From an uncultured Pseudomonadota bacterium (GTDB lineage Bacteria > Pseudomonadota > Alphaproteobacteria > JACZXZ01), in the NCBI GenBank assembly GCA_963749075.1, contig CAVVLJ010000020.1, positions 96,001 to 160,000 of the forward strand: a stretch of 64,000 nucleotides of DNA. Reading direction: 5' to 3'. Of this stretch, positions 8,406 through 19,607 are shown in pieces. The translations under genes and the position numbers were made by a program. How positions within the stretch are numbered: the stretch's first letter is position 1; every line of letters starts with the position of its first letter. The notes beneath the pieces are model-generated. The model was not told the DNA's origin, made no database searches, and saw nothing but the letters and a program-made list of their open reading frames with translations.

Positions 8406-10193
8406 TCACCCGAGTCCTTCGAAATCGTCGAGCAGTGCCGCGATGCGGCCTGAATCCCATTGCGTCATGATCATCTCGGCGCGCCTCGTCGCCTCGCGCT
8501 GGTCGAGCGCTCTGATGCGCTGCTTGATGCGCGGCAGTGCCGCCGTCGGCATCGAGAGGTCGCGGATGCCGAGGCCCAAGAGGAGCGGGGTATAGCGCGC
8601 GTCGCCCGCCATCTCGCCGCAGAGACAGAGCGGGATGCGCGCGCGCAAGGCGGCACCCGCGGCGAACTGGATGAGGCGGAGGACGGCCGGGTGGAGGGGA
8701 TTGTAGAGATAGGCGACCTGCTCGTCGCCGCGGTCGATGGCGAGGGTGTACATGGTGAGGTCGTTGGTGCCGATCGCGAAGAAGTCGGACTCGAGTGCCA
8801 GCGCGTCGGCGGCGAGTGCGGCGCCCGGCACCTCGATCATGACGCCGAGCTTGGGCACTTCGGCCGCCGCCTTGACGCCCTGGCGCTTAAGGCGGGCGTG
8901 CAGCTTGTGCAGGATCGCCTTCACCTGGCGCACCTCGCCGAGCGAGGCGATCATGGGGAGGAGGATGCGCACCTCGCCGTGGGCGCCCGCGCGCAGCATG
9001 GCGGCGAGCTGGGCCTCCAAGAGCTCCGGATGCTTGAGCGAGAGGCGGATGGCGCGCAGGCCGAGTGCGGGGTTGACCGAGGGCCCGACGTGGCCGCCCA
9101 AGGAATAGGCGAGCTTGTCGCCGCCGATGTCGAGGGTGCGCATGGTGACCGGGCGGCCCGCCATGCCCTCGACGAAGGTCCGAAGCGCCTCATACTGCTC
9201 GTCCTCGCCGGGCAGGTCGTCGCGGTTCATGAAGAGGAACTCGGTGCGCAGCAGGCCGATGCCCTCGGCCCCCACCGCAAGGGCATGCTCGAGCTCGCGC
9301 GGCAGCTCGACGTTGACCTGGAGCGTCACGCGCACGCCGTCGCGCGTCACCGCCGCGAGCTTGGAAAGGCGCGCGAGCTTGTGCTCCTCGCGCTGGAAGG
9401 CGCGGCGCTGCGCCTCGTACTTGGCGAGCGTGGCGTCCGAGGGATTGACGATGACGCGCCCGCCGGTGCCGTCGATGACCGCGAGCGTGCCCGGTGCCGT
9501 GCCGACCAGGAGACCGCCCACGCCGAGCACGGCGGGGAGGCCCAACGAGCGCGCCATGATCGCGGTGTGGCTCTCGGCACCGCCGAGCACGGTCGCGAAG
9601 CCGCCGATGCGGTCGGGATCGAGGAGGGCGGTGTCCGCCGGCGTGAGCTCCTCGGCGAGCACGACGCTCCCCACCGGCAGCGCCGAGAAGGCCTGGTAGG
9701 GCCGCTGCATGAGGTTGCGCACCAGCCGCGCCGCCACCTCGCGGATGTCGTCGGCGCGGCTCGCGAGATACTCGTCGCCCATGCCGGCGAAGCCCTTGGC
9801 GATCTCGTGCGTCTCGGCCTGCACCGCCGCCTCGGCGTTGATCCCCTCGCCGGCGATGCGCCCGTCGGCGCCGCGCAGCAGGCGCGAGCCCGCCAGCATC
9901 TGGAGATGGGCGTCGAGGAGGAAGCCGAGCTCCTCGCCGGCCGCCCCTCCGAGCGCCATGGCCTTGAGCTTGAGCTTGTGGAGCTGCTTGCGCGAGCGCT
10001 CGACCGCCTCCTTGAGGCGCGCTCGCTCGCCTGCGAGCTGCTCCGCGGGCACGCGGTACTCGGGCACCTCGAGGGCACCCGCCTCGCGCACATGGGCGGG
10101 TCCGATCGCCACCCCCGGCGCCACGCCGAGGCCATGGAACACGCGTTCGCGACCCTCGCTTCCCCGCCTCGCTGGTGCGCCGCTGCGCGCCAT
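8406..10193 (-). CDS. ptsI: PTS enzyme I (PEP-protein phosphotransferase), no GAF domain
   Basis: GGAESHTAIMAR phospho-His motif, GIGLLRTEFLF, NPALGLRAIR, IGTNDL and CGEMAGD. Confidence 0.95.
   Translation of the reverse strand: MARSGAPARRGSEGRERVFHGLGVAPGVAIGPAHVREAGALEVPEYRVPAEQLAGERARLKEAVERSRKQLHKLKLKAMALGGAAGEELGFLLDAHLQMLAGSRLLRGADGRIAGEGINAEAAVQAETHEIAKGFAGMGDEYLASRADDIREVAARLVRNLMQRPYQAFSALPVGSVVLAEELTPADTALLDPDRIGGFATVLGGAESHTAIMARSLGLPAVLGVGGLLVGTAPGTLAVIDGTGGRVIVNPSDATLAKYEAQRRAFQREEHKLARLSKLAAVTRDGVRVTLQVNVELPRELEHALAVGAEGIGLLRTEFLFMNRDDLPGEDEQYEALRTFVEGMAGRPVTMRTLDIGGDKLAYSLGGHVGPSVNPALGLRAIRLSLKHPELLEAQLAAMLRAGAHGEVRILLPMIASLGEVRQVKAILHKLHARLKRQGVKAAAEVPKLGVMIEVPGAALAADALALESDFFAIGTNDLTMYTLAIDRGDEQVAYLYNPLHPAVLRLIQFAAGAALRARIPLCLCGEMAGDARYTPLLLGLGIRDLSMPTAALPRIKQRIRALDQREATRRAEMIMTQWDSGRIAALLDDFEGLG
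8416..9065. repeat. 650-bp perfect direct repeat, copy 2 (inside intact ptsI)
   Basis: Identical to 4556-5205. Confidence 0.95.
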
Positions 10194-10507
10194 CACTCTT
10201 CGCCGAACTTGCCGTCCACCAAGGCCGCGAGCGCATCGAGCGCCGCGCGCGCCTGCGGCCCCGCGGCGCTCACCTCGATCGCCGTGCCCGGGCCCGCCGC
10301 GAGCATCATCAGCCCCATGATGCTGAGGCCCGAGACCGTCATGTCCTTCTTGGCGACGGTGATCTCGGCGGCGAACGCCTCGGCGCATTTGACGAAGCGC
10401 GCGGCCGCACGGGCGTGGAGCCCGCGCTGGTTCTTGATGACGAGGCTGCGGCTCTCCGCGCCGGCCGCGGGTGCTGCCGGCCGGGCGCCGCTGGCGCTGT
10501 CGTTCAT
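10193..10507 (-). CDS. ptsH: HPr/NPr phosphocarrier
   Basis: NQRGLHARAAARFV (His15) and SIMGLMML (Ser46) motifs. Confidence 0.95.
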   Translation of the reverse strand: MNDSASGARPAAPAAGAESRSLVIKNQRGLHARAAARFVKCAEAFAAEITVAKKDMTVSGLSIMGLMMLAAGPGTAIEVSAAGPQARAALDALAALVDGKFGEE

Positions 10508-10917
10508 CGCTTGTCCTTCTCCTCGGCGAGGAGGGCGGAGGCGACGTTGATGTACTTGCGCCCGGCCTCCTGGGCCGCGGCGACCGCCTGGGGCAGCTTC
10601 TCGCTCTGGCGTACGCTCGCGAGCTTGATGAGCATGGGAAGGTTGACGCCGGCGATGACCTCGACCTTGGCGTTGTCGAGGATGGAGATGGCTAGGTTGG
10701 AGGGCGTGCCGCCGAACATGTCGGTGAGCAGCACGACGCCGGTGCCGTCGTCCACCTGGGCGACCGAGCGCAGGATGTCCTCGCGCCTTTTCTCCATGTC
10801 GTCGTCGGGCCCGATGCAGACGGCGCGGATGCGCTGCTGCGGGCCGACTACGTGCTCGAGCGCCGAGATGAACTCCTGCGCGAGATTGCCGTGGGTCACG
10901 AGCACCATGCCGATCAT
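10504..10917 (-). CDS. manX: PTS EIIA mannose-type component
   Basis: MIGMVLVTHG...LTDMFGGTPSN...GVNLPML. Confidence 0.93.
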   Translation of the reverse strand: MIGMVLVTHGNLAQEFISALEHVVGPQQRIRAVCIGPDDDMEKRREDILRSVAQVDDGTGVVLLTDMFGGTPSNLAISILDNAKVEVIAGVNLPMLIKLASVRQSEKLPQAVAAAQEAGRKYINVASALLAEEKDKR

Positions 10918-11891
10918 TGCGCATCCCTGCTGTTTTGCCCGGGGCCGTTATGCTCTTGGCCGTCCGGCGTCCGCTCCATGTCGCGGTGGATGAGCGTCGC
11001 GCGCGCGCCGAGCGCGCCCAGCCACGCCGCGAGCCGTGAAGCTACCACGACCGAGCGGTGCCGGCCGCCGGTGCAGCCGACCGCGATGGTGAGATAGCTC
11101 TTGCCCTCGCGCTCGTAGCGCTGCAGGAGCGGCTGGAGCCAGCCCTCGAGCCCGGCGAGAAAGCCGGCGAAGCTCGCATCGCGCTCGACGAAGGCCGCGA
11201 CGCGCGGATCCTCGCCCGTAAGCGGGCGCAGCTCCGGCACGTAATGGGGATTGTCGAGGAAGCGCACGTCGATCACGAGGTCGGCCTCGCGCGGCAGCCC
11301 GCCGCGATAGGCGAAGGAGAGCACGGTGACGGCGAGAGCGGAGCCGCGCCCGAGCGCAAAGGAGCCGCCGATCACGCGCTTGAGGTCGCCGAGCTTCATG
11401 GCGGTGGTGTCGATCACCACGTCGGCCCGCTCCCTGAGCAGCACCACCATGGCGCGCTCGCGGCGGATGCCGTCGGAGACCGGGCGGTCGTCGGCGAGCG
11501 GGTGGCGCCGGCGCGTCTCGGTGAAGCGCCGCTGCAGCACCTCGTCGTCGCAATCGACGAAGAGCACGCTCACGGCGGCATGCCGCTCCTTGAGCCGGTC
11601 GATCTCGCGCAGCAGCGGGTCGACGGCGAAATCGCGCGTGCGGATGTCGATGCCGATGGCGAGCGGTCGGGCCAAGCGGTCGCCCGGACGCACGAGCGTG
11701 GCGAGGAGCGAGAGCGGCAGGTTGTCGACGGCCTCGTAGCCGAGATCCTCGAGCGCCTTGAGCGCCGTCGAGCGGCCGGCGCCCGAGAGCCCGGTCACCA
11801 GCACCACGCGCGCGGCCGCGGGCCGAGGTACGGGCGGACTCTTGGCGGATGCTGGGGCTTGCGCATCGGGCGAGGCTGCCGCTCTGCTCAT
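10914..11891 (-). CDS. rapZ: RNase adapter RapZ
   Basis: VTGLSGAGRS, VDNLP, RRFTETRRRHPL, DVRFLDNP and IAVGCTGGRHRSV. Confidence 0.95.
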   Translation of the reverse strand: MSRAAASPDAQAPASAKSPPVPRPAAARVVLVTGLSGAGRSTALKALEDLGYEAVDNLPLSLLATLVRPGDRLARPLAIGIDIRTRDFAVDPLLREIDRLKERHAAVSVLFVDCDDEVLQRRFTETRRRHPLADDRPVSDGIRRERAMVVLLRERADVVIDTTAMKLGDLKRVIGGSFALGRGSALAVTVLSFAYRGGLPREADLVIDVRFLDNPHYVPELRPLTGEDPRVAAFVERDASFAGFLAGLEGWLQPLLQRYEREGKSYLTIAVGCTGGRHRSVVVASRLAAWLGALGARATLIHRDMERTPDGQEHNGPGQNSRDAQ

Positions 11892-12322
11892 GGCGCGGCC
11901 ATTATAGTCCCGCCGAGGCTGCGCACGGCAAGGCGCACTTTGGCCGCCGCCGAGGCCTCGGTGGCGACCAGCCGGACGAGCGGCAGGCGGTGCTCGAGAT
12001 AGCTGCAGAAGCGCTGCTCGGGCAGGCGCTCGACCTCTTCGAGCGGCACCAGATCGACGACGAGGGAAAGCGTCACCTCGGCCAGGGCCGCCACCCTGAT
12101 GATGCCGAGGCCGCGCACCTCGATCTTGCCGGCGATGGGCTTGGGCGAGGAGGCGATGACGGCACCCCCCGCCGCGCGCAGGTTCACCCGGTCGTCGGCG
12201 ACGAGACGGGCGCCGCGGTCGATGAGGCGCAAGGCGAGGTCGGACTTGCCGCGCCCCGACGGCCCGCGCAGCAATACCCCTCGGCCCTCGAGCTCGACGC
12301 AGGATGCGTGAACCTGGATCAT
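11888..12322 (-). CDS. hprK: Short alphaproteobacterial HPr kinase/phosphorylase
   Basis: HASCV...GVLLRGPSGRGKSDLAL...LVADD...IEVRGLGI. Confidence 0.9.
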   Translation of the reverse strand: MIQVHASCVELEGRGVLLRGPSGRGKSDLALRLIDRGARLVADDRVNLRAAGGAVIASSPKPIAGKIEVRGLGIIRVAALAEVTLSLVVDLVPLEEVERLPEQRFCSYLEHRLPLVRLVATEASAAAKVRLAVRSLGGTIMAAP

Positions 12323-12430
12323 CGGCAGCCCCAAGGCGCCTCCAGCATGGTCGGCGCGTTTGCAACCGGCGTGCCTGCAACCGCCAGTGCAACCGCCGGG
12401 CCGGGAGGGTGGCGTCGGCGGTGCCTCCTG

Positions 12431-14173
12431 TCAATGCCGGGGTGAGCCGTTCTCCTGCAGCGCCAGCGGCAGGCCGACGATGAAGCGGGCGCCGGTGACG
12501 CGGCCGGCCTCGTCATGGCGGTTCTCGGCGCGGATGGTGCCGCCGTGGACCTCGACGATCTGCTTGGAGATGGAGAGGCCGAGGCCGGAATGGGTGCCGA
12601 AGCTCTCGCCCCGCGGCCGCTCGCTGTAGAAGCGCTCGAACACCGCCTCGAATTTGCCCTCGGGCAGGCCGGGGCCCTCGTCCTCGACGCGCGTCTCGAC
12701 CATGTCGCCCGCGGCGTGCGCCGAGAGGCTGATGACGCCGCCCGGCGGGCTGAAGGAGATGGCATTCTCGATCAGGTTGCGGAACACCTGCGCGAGCCTG
12801 CCCTCGATGCCGCGCACGACGACATGCTTGGCCTTGAGCGGCGTGAGCCGGAAGTGCACCCCGCGCTCGGCCGGCGAGGCCTCGTAGACCTCGACGAGGG
12901 TGGCAAGGAGGCCGCCGAGCTCGACCGGCTCCGTCGTGGCGCGCGACAGCTCGGCATCGAGGCGCGAGGCGTCGGAAATGTCCGAGATCAGCCGGTTCAA
13001 CCGCCGCACGTCCTCGGCGATGATCGCCATCAGGCGGCGCTGCTGCTCGGGCTCCTTGACGCGCGCCGCGGTCTCCACGGCGCTCTGCAGCGAGGAGAGC
13101 GGGTTCTTGATCTCGTGCGCCACGTCGGCGGCGAAGCGCTCGATGGCGCCCATGCGTTGGCTGAGGAGCTCGGTCATGCGCTTGAGCGCCTGCGAGAGAT
13201 CGCCGATCTCGTCGCCGCGCGCCGCGAAGTCGGGAATCTCGGCGGCACCCAGCTCGCCCGAGCCGATGCGCTCGGCCGCCTGGGCGAGGCGCCGGATCGG
13301 GCGCACGATGGTGCTGCCGAGGTAGATGGAGACGAGGCTCGTGAGGAGGAGTGCGAAGGCGAACGCCTTGAGGATCTCGAGGCGCACCGAGCGCATCGCC
13401 GCGTCGATGGCGGTCGACGACTGGGAGACCATGAGGGCGCCGACCACGCGGCGGTAGCGCTGCACCGGCACCGCGACCGAGAGGATCATGCCCTCGGGGT
13501 CGTTGTCGTAGACGGCGTGCGCCTCGACGCCGGCGAGCGCCTTGGCGGCCTCCGGGTAATCGCTCGCGTGCTGCTCGGGCCGCTCGCGGTAACGCGGCAG
13601 CGCGCCGAGGCCCGGGATGGCGCGCACCAGCCGGTCGTAGGTGCTGTCGAGGAAGTGGCCGATCGGCGACTCGGCGGCCGGCGGCGGCAGCTCCTCGACC
13701 TGGACGGCGCCGCCCGGGCCGGCGAGGTAGCGGCTGTCGGCGATGAGCTCGCCCGACGGGAGGAAGAGCCGCGCGCGCGCGCTCGTCGGCTCGATGAGCC
13801 GGCGCAAGAGAAGGCGGCTCTGCTCGGGCATGAGCGCGAGCGTGTCCTCGCCGTCGCCCACCACGGCACTCTCGCCCAAGGCGCCGGCGAAGATGCGCGC
13901 CTGGGTCATGAGCGATTGGAGCTCCGAGGCGATCAGGCTGCGCTGATACTCGCCGAGATAGGTGACGCCGATGACGAGGATGATGAGGGCCGCGACATTG
14001 AGGAGGAGGATGCGCTGGGTGAGCGGCGAGAGGATGGCGAGGCGCCGGGTGCGCCGGCGCCACAGACGGAAGAGCGCCGGTGCGCTGCGCTGGCGCACGC
14101 GCGCCTCGGCGGCCGGGGCATCGCCGGCCCCGGGCGCTGCCGCGCGCTCCTCGGGACTTGTCTCGACCGCCAT
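12431..14173 (-). CDS. chvG: Sensor histidine kinase ChvG/ExoS
   Basis: SPLTQRILLLN, two TM segments, HAMP, FAADVAHEIKNPL, and FGTHSGLGLSIS. Adjacent to chvI. Confidence 0.93.
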   Translation of the reverse strand: MAVETSPEERAAAPGAGDAPAAEARVRQRSAPALFRLWRRRTRRLAILSPLTQRILLLNVAALIILVIGVTYLGEYQRSLIASELQSLMTQARIFAGALGESAVVGDGEDTLALMPEQSRLLLRRLIEPTSARARLFLPSGELIADSRYLAGPGGAVQVEELPPPAAESPIGHFLDSTYDRLVRAIPGLGALPRYRERPEQHASDYPEAAKALAGVEAHAVYDNDPEGMILSVAVPVQRYRRVVGALMVSQSSTAIDAAMRSVRLEILKAFAFALLLTSLVSIYLGSTIVRPIRRLAQAAERIGSGELGAAEIPDFAARGDEIGDLSQALKRMTELLSQRMGAIERFAADVAHEIKNPLSSLQSAVETAARVKEPEQQRRLMAIIAEDVRRLNRLISDISDASRLDAELSRATTEPVELGGLLATLVEVYEASPAERGVHFRLTPLKAKHVVVRGIEGRLAQVFRNLIENAISFSPPGGVISLSAHAAGDMVETRVEDEGPGLPEGKFEAVFERFYSERPRGESFGTHSGLGLSISKQIVEVHGGTIRAENRHDEAGRVTGARFIVGLPLALQENGSPRH

Positions 14174-14195
14174 CGCGCTTGGCGCCGAGCCTTGC

Positions 14196-14903
14196 TCAGC
14201 TCTCCTTGTAGCGGTAGCCGATGCCATAGAGCGTCTCGATCTGGTTGAAGCCGTCGTCGGCGGCCTTGAGCTTCTTGCGCACGCGCTTGATGTGGCTGTC
14301 GATCGTGCGGTCGTCGACGTAGATGTGCTCGCCATAGGCGGCGTCCATCAGCTGGTCGCGGCTCTTGACGAGGCCCGGCCGCTGGGCGAGCGCCTTCAGG
14401 ATGAGGAACTCGGTGACCGTGAGGTTGACCGCACTGCCCTTCCAGCTGCACAGGTGCCGGCCGGGATCGAGCACGAGCTCGCCGCGCACCACCGTGCCCT
14501 CGCCGTTGCCGCTCTCGCCGGCCCCTTGCGCGAGCTCGCTGCGGCGCAGGAGCGTGCGGATGCGCTCGATGAGGAGGCGCTGGGAGAAAGGCTTGGTGAT
14601 GTAGTCGTCGGCCCCCATGCGCAGGCCCAGCACCTCGTCGACCTCGTCGTCCTTGGAGGTGAGGAAGATGACCGGCATGGCCGTGGTCTTGCGCAGGCGC
14701 GAGAGCAGCTCCATGCCGTCCATGCGTGGCATCTTGATGTCGAGGATGGCGAGATCGACGGGCTGCGCCGAAATCCCGCGCAGCGCCTCGTCGCCGTCGC
14801 TGTAGCTCTTCACGGCAAAGCCCTCCGCTTCGAGCGCCATGGCGACCGAGGCGAGGATGTTGCGGTCGTCGTCGACGAGCGCGATGGTGCGCTTGAGCGG
14901 CAT
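14196..14903 (-). CDS. chvI: Response regulator ChvI
   Basis: [11 protein letters not shown]...[10 protein letters not shown]...[15 protein letters not shown]...[11 protein letters not shown]. Confidence 0.95.
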   Translation of the reverse strand: MPLKRTIALVDDDRNILASVAMALEAEGFAVKSYSDGDEALRGISAQPVDLAILDIKMPRMDGMELLSRLRKTTAMPVIFLTSKDDEVDEVLGLRMGADDYITKPFSQRLLIERIRTLLRRSELAQGAGESGNGEGTVVRGELVLDPGRHLCSWKGSAVNLTVTEFLILKALAQRPGLVKSRDQLMDAAYGEHIYVDDRTIDSHIKRVRKKLKAADDGFNQIETLYGIGYRYKES

Positions 14904-15083
14904 CACGTCCTCTCTTGCGGCCGGGAGGCTCGGGGATTGCCGCGCGGTGGCGCTTGGCTCGTCCCCTCTTGCCCGGATCGTCCGGACATATTGTGTCAAA
15001 GTCGTGGCATTTCCACCACCTCCCGCCGCGCCCTCCGAGAGCGCCCATTGACGGCCGGGACCGCCTGGCCGATTGTCCCTTTC

Positions 15084-15830
15084 ATGGCCGATCGGGGAAG
15101 CGCCGGGACGCCCTCGCCCGGGGACGAAGCGCGCCGGCTCATGCGCGCGGCGGACCGGGCGACGCTTGCCACCAGCCTGCAGCGCGCGGGCCGCGAGGGC
15201 TGGCCCTATGCCTCGCTCGTCATGGCGGCACTGGCGCCCGATCTGAGCCCGCTCCTCCTCCTCTCGGACCTCGCCGACCATGCCAAGAACATCGCCCGGG
15301 ACGCCCGCGTCTCGCTCCTCTTCGACGGCACGGGCGGCCTCGAGGAGCCGCTGACCGGCCCCCGCTGGACACTCCTCGGGCGCGCCCGCGAGAGTGCCGC
15401 GGCCGGGGATAGGGCGCGCTACCTGAGGCGCCATCCGAGTGCCGAAAACTATATGCAGTTCAAGGACTTCCGCCTCTATCGCGTCACCCCGGAGAGCGGC
15501 CATCTGGTGGCCGGCTTCGGCCGCATCCATTGGCTCGAGGCAAGGGATTTCCTGCCCGAGGGCAAGGCGGCTCCGGCCCTTGCCGAGCAAGAGGCCGACG
15601 TCCTCAAGCACATGAACGGGGACCATGGCGATGCCGTGGCCCTCTACGCGCGGAAGCTCCTCGGGCTCGCCGGCGAGGGCTGGGTCATGACCGGCATCGA
15701 CCCCGAGGGCATCGACCTGCGCGCGGGCGGCCGCACGGCGCGCCTCGCCTTCGAGCGCCCGCTCGGCGGCGCCGCGGACGTCCGCCCGGCGCTCGTGGAG
15801 CTCGCCCGGCGGGCCAGGGAAGAGGGCTAG
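15084..15830 (+). CDS. HugZ/pyridoxamine-oxidase-like protein with DUF2470 domain
   Basis: [29 protein letters not shown] and HMNGDHGDA. Usual position between chvI and pckA. Confidence 0.85.
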   Translation: MADRGSAGTPSPGDEARRLMRAADRATLATSLQRAGREGWPYASLVMAALAPDLSPLLLLSDLADHAKNIARDARVSLLFDGTGGLEEPLTGPRWTLLGRARESAAAGDRARYLRRHPSAENYMQFKDFRLYRVTPESGHLVAGFGRIHWLEARDFLPEGKAAPALAEQEADVLKHMNGDHGDAVALYARKLLGLAGEGWVMTGIDPEGIDLRAGGRTARLAFERPLGGAADVRPALVELARRAREEG

Positions 15831-15963
15831 CCCCCCGGCTCACGGCCGGCTCATGGCCGTTGCGCGGCCGGGGTGCCGCTTGTATCTTCGCCGCCTGCCA
15901 ACGCGAGGGACCGGCAGGGCGCTTGAAGCGGTCCCCGATGCATCGTCAAGTCGGGAGGAAGCC

Positions 15964-17574
<1,611 letters not shown>

Positions 17575-17712
17575 GGGGCCGAGCCGCGTCTCTCTCGCCT
17601 GCTGACAAGCGCCAGACCGACGAAGCTCTCAGCGGAGGGAACGCCCCGCTTTCCGGCAGGACCTGTCGCCGGACTGAAGGAAACCGCTGCCGCTTGCCAA
17701 CGGCACGACCGT

Positions 17713-18282
17713 TCAGTTTTCGCCTCTGCGCAACCTGATGCGGCTGGTCCGCCATGCGGCCCAGTCGACCGGCTCGGAGTCGAGGACGCTGAGGTCGGCA
17801 GGGGTGAAGCGCTCCGTGAAGATCACGAGGTTCTGGCAATGCCATCGCGCGCTCGGGGCGAGAATTCCATCGAATCCGAGAAACGCGGCGGCATCGCCGA
17901 TCTCCCGGGTCCGCTCGTAATTGAGGCTTCTATAGGAGTCCATCGTCACTCCTAAGGCCTCTATGGCTGCCAGATCGGCGATCCGCAAGGTCCGACTGGT
18001 CCTCACCGAGATGCGATGCAGCACCGACCTGATCTTTGACGGGAAAACCGGCTGGCGGCTGAGGTGGAAGTGCATCTCCTCGAGCGCGCCGTCGCGCTCC
18101 AACGATGTGTAGATCACGTCGAAGGTGCCGGGATCCCATCGCGCCGCCGCAGGATAACCCTCTAACGGGTGGCGCTCCTCGCGAACGACGCGCCAGACAT
18201 GCCCTTCGAAGGCCACGCCCTGATGTGCGTCCAACGCATCGAGCAGGGCCAGATCACGCGCCTGCCGATTTGCCGCTGCCAT
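17713..18282 (-). CDS. RES-domain toxin (NAD+ phosphorylase family)
   Basis: VWRVVR...ARWD...IYTSLERDGALEE...GILAPSAR...NLVIF. Lies directly downstream of the antitoxin. Confidence 0.9.
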   Translation of the reverse strand: MAAANRQARDLALLDALDAHQGVAFEGHVWRVVREERHPLEGYPAAARWDPGTFDVIYTSLERDGALEEMHFHLSRQPVFPSKIRSVLHRISVRTSRTLRIADLAAIEALGVTMDSYRSLNYERTREIGDAAAFLGFDGILAPSARWHCQNLVIFTERFTPADLSVLDSEPVDWAAWRTSRIRLRRGEN

Positions 18283-18283
18283 G

Positions 18284-18622
18284 TCAAATATAGGCGCCGG
18301 CGTCCAGACGCTCGATCACGGCGAGAACCTCCTCGGTCCGGTCCGCGTTGACGAGGTCGATTGCCCGCTGGTTGTTCAAAAGCGGATGGCGCGAATGGAG
18401 CCAGAGCCGCGTTTCATCGGGGGTATAGAAGTCCGACAGCCGATCGACGACATAGCGTAGGTCGGCGATGACGGTCTGCGTCCGTAGGCTCGGCGACCCA
18501 TTGCCATGCGACCAGCGCGAAACGGTGGCTGTGGACACATCGACAATGTTGGCGATGTCCTTTCCTTGAAGTCCGCCGCGCGATCGCAGATCGTCGAGAA
18601 TTCTGGCAACCGCCGTGCTCAT
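18284..18622 (-). CDS. Xre/MbcA/ParS-family antitoxin
   Basis: HTH DIANIVDVSTATVSRW plus C-terminal WLHSRHPLLNNQRAIDLV...VLAVIERLDAGAY. Confidence 0.9.
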   Translation of the reverse strand: MSTAVARILDDLRSRGGLQGKDIANIVDVSTATVSRWSHGNGSPSLRTQTVIADLRYVVDRLSDFYTPDETRLWLHSRHPLLNNQRAIDLVNADRTEEVLAVIERLDAGAYI

Positions 18623-18693
18623 GGGATCACCGATGGCATGACGCGGCGAGGGATGAGGGCCCGCTCCGGTAAGGACCTCCAATTGAATGCACG

Positions 18694-18722
18694 ATGTTAC
18701 GAAACAGTTTCAAGGCTGTCAA
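18694..18722 (-). promoter_or_regulatory. TA operon promoter TTGACA-N17-TAACAT with palindrome GAAAC-A-GTTTC in the spacer
   Basis: Consensus -35 and -10 read directly. Palindrome at 18701-18711 is the likely autorepression site. Confidence 0.75.
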
Positions 18723-18791
18723 GTCGTGTAATCAAAACGGGCGGCCTCCTCCCCCGAGCATTGCTGCCGTGAAGCCCAAGCTGCCCCCCTT

Positions 18792-19607
18792 TCACTCGAA
18801 CTGGGCGAACTGCTCGGCGCGCCAGGCGAGTGCCGCTTTGAGGCCCTTGCTGCGGCGGATCTCGTCGAAGGTGTCGTTCTCGAGCGTGCCGCCCGCGTGC
18901 ATGAGGCAGGCCGCCTCGGCGCCATAGGCGAGTGCGGAGCGCAGCCCCATGGTCTCGAAGGTGTTGTTGATGACGCGCTTGTTGGTCTGAAGGCAGCTCA
19001 ATGCCACGCGCGACATGCGCTTGGCGATCTTCATGGTTTCGGCGGCGAGCGCCTCCTTGGCGAAGACGCGGTCGACGAGGCCGAGGCGATGGGCCTCCTC
19101 GGCCGTGATGATGTCGCCCGTGTAGATGAGCTCGCGCGCGCGGTTGCCGATGATCCAGGGCATGATCATGGTGACGATGCTGCCCGCGAAGCGCGCCTCG
19201 ACCGCGCCGAAGCTCGAATCCGCCGAGCAGTAGCGCAAGTCGCAGCATTGCGCGAACTCGAGGCCGCCCGCGAGGCAGTATCCGCTGATCATGGCGATCA
19301 CCGGCTTGCTGCAGTTCCAGACGCAATAGGTGAAGTCGAGGTCGCCCTTGAAGCGCGCCGTCCATTCGGCCGCGGTGCGCTTCGGCGCCTCGGCCGACTC
19401 CTTGAGGTCGTAGCCCGCGGAGAACGCCTTGCCGCCGGCGCCGGCGATCACGATGACCCGCACCTCGGGGTCGCCGTCGGCCGCGGCGACCGCCGCCTTG
19501 ATCTCGCGGATGAGGGCGAGGCTGAAGGCGTTGAGCCGCTCCGGCCGGTTGAGCGTGATGACGGCCACCCGGTCGTCCGCCGCATAGAGAAGCTGATCGT
19601 AGGTCAT
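18792..19607 (-). CDS. Enoyl-CoA hydratase/isomerase family protein
   Basis: ITLNRPERLNA, AFSAGYDL and KPVIAMISGYCLAGGLE. Confidence 0.92.
   Translation of the reverse strand: MTYDQLLYAADDRVAVITLNRPERLNAFSLALIREIKAAVAAADGDPEVRVIVIAGAGGKAFSAGYDLKESAEAPKRTAAEWTARFKGDLDFTYCVWNCSKPVIAMISGYCLAGGLEFAQCCDLRYCSADSSFGAVEARFAGSIVTMIMPWIIGNRARELIYTGDIITAEEAHRLGLVDRVFAKEALAAETMKIAKRMSRVALSCLQTNKRVINNTFETMGLRSALAYGAEAACLMHAGGTLENDTFDEIRRSKGLKAALAWRAEQFAQFE

Noticed and set aside
8460-10550. Long antisense and alternate-frame ORFs here and throughout (e.g. 27970-30096, 40850-43168, 44554-46431, 47320-49242)
   Set aside because: Shadow ORFs expected at this GC content. They overlap well-supported genes and have no recognisable motifs.
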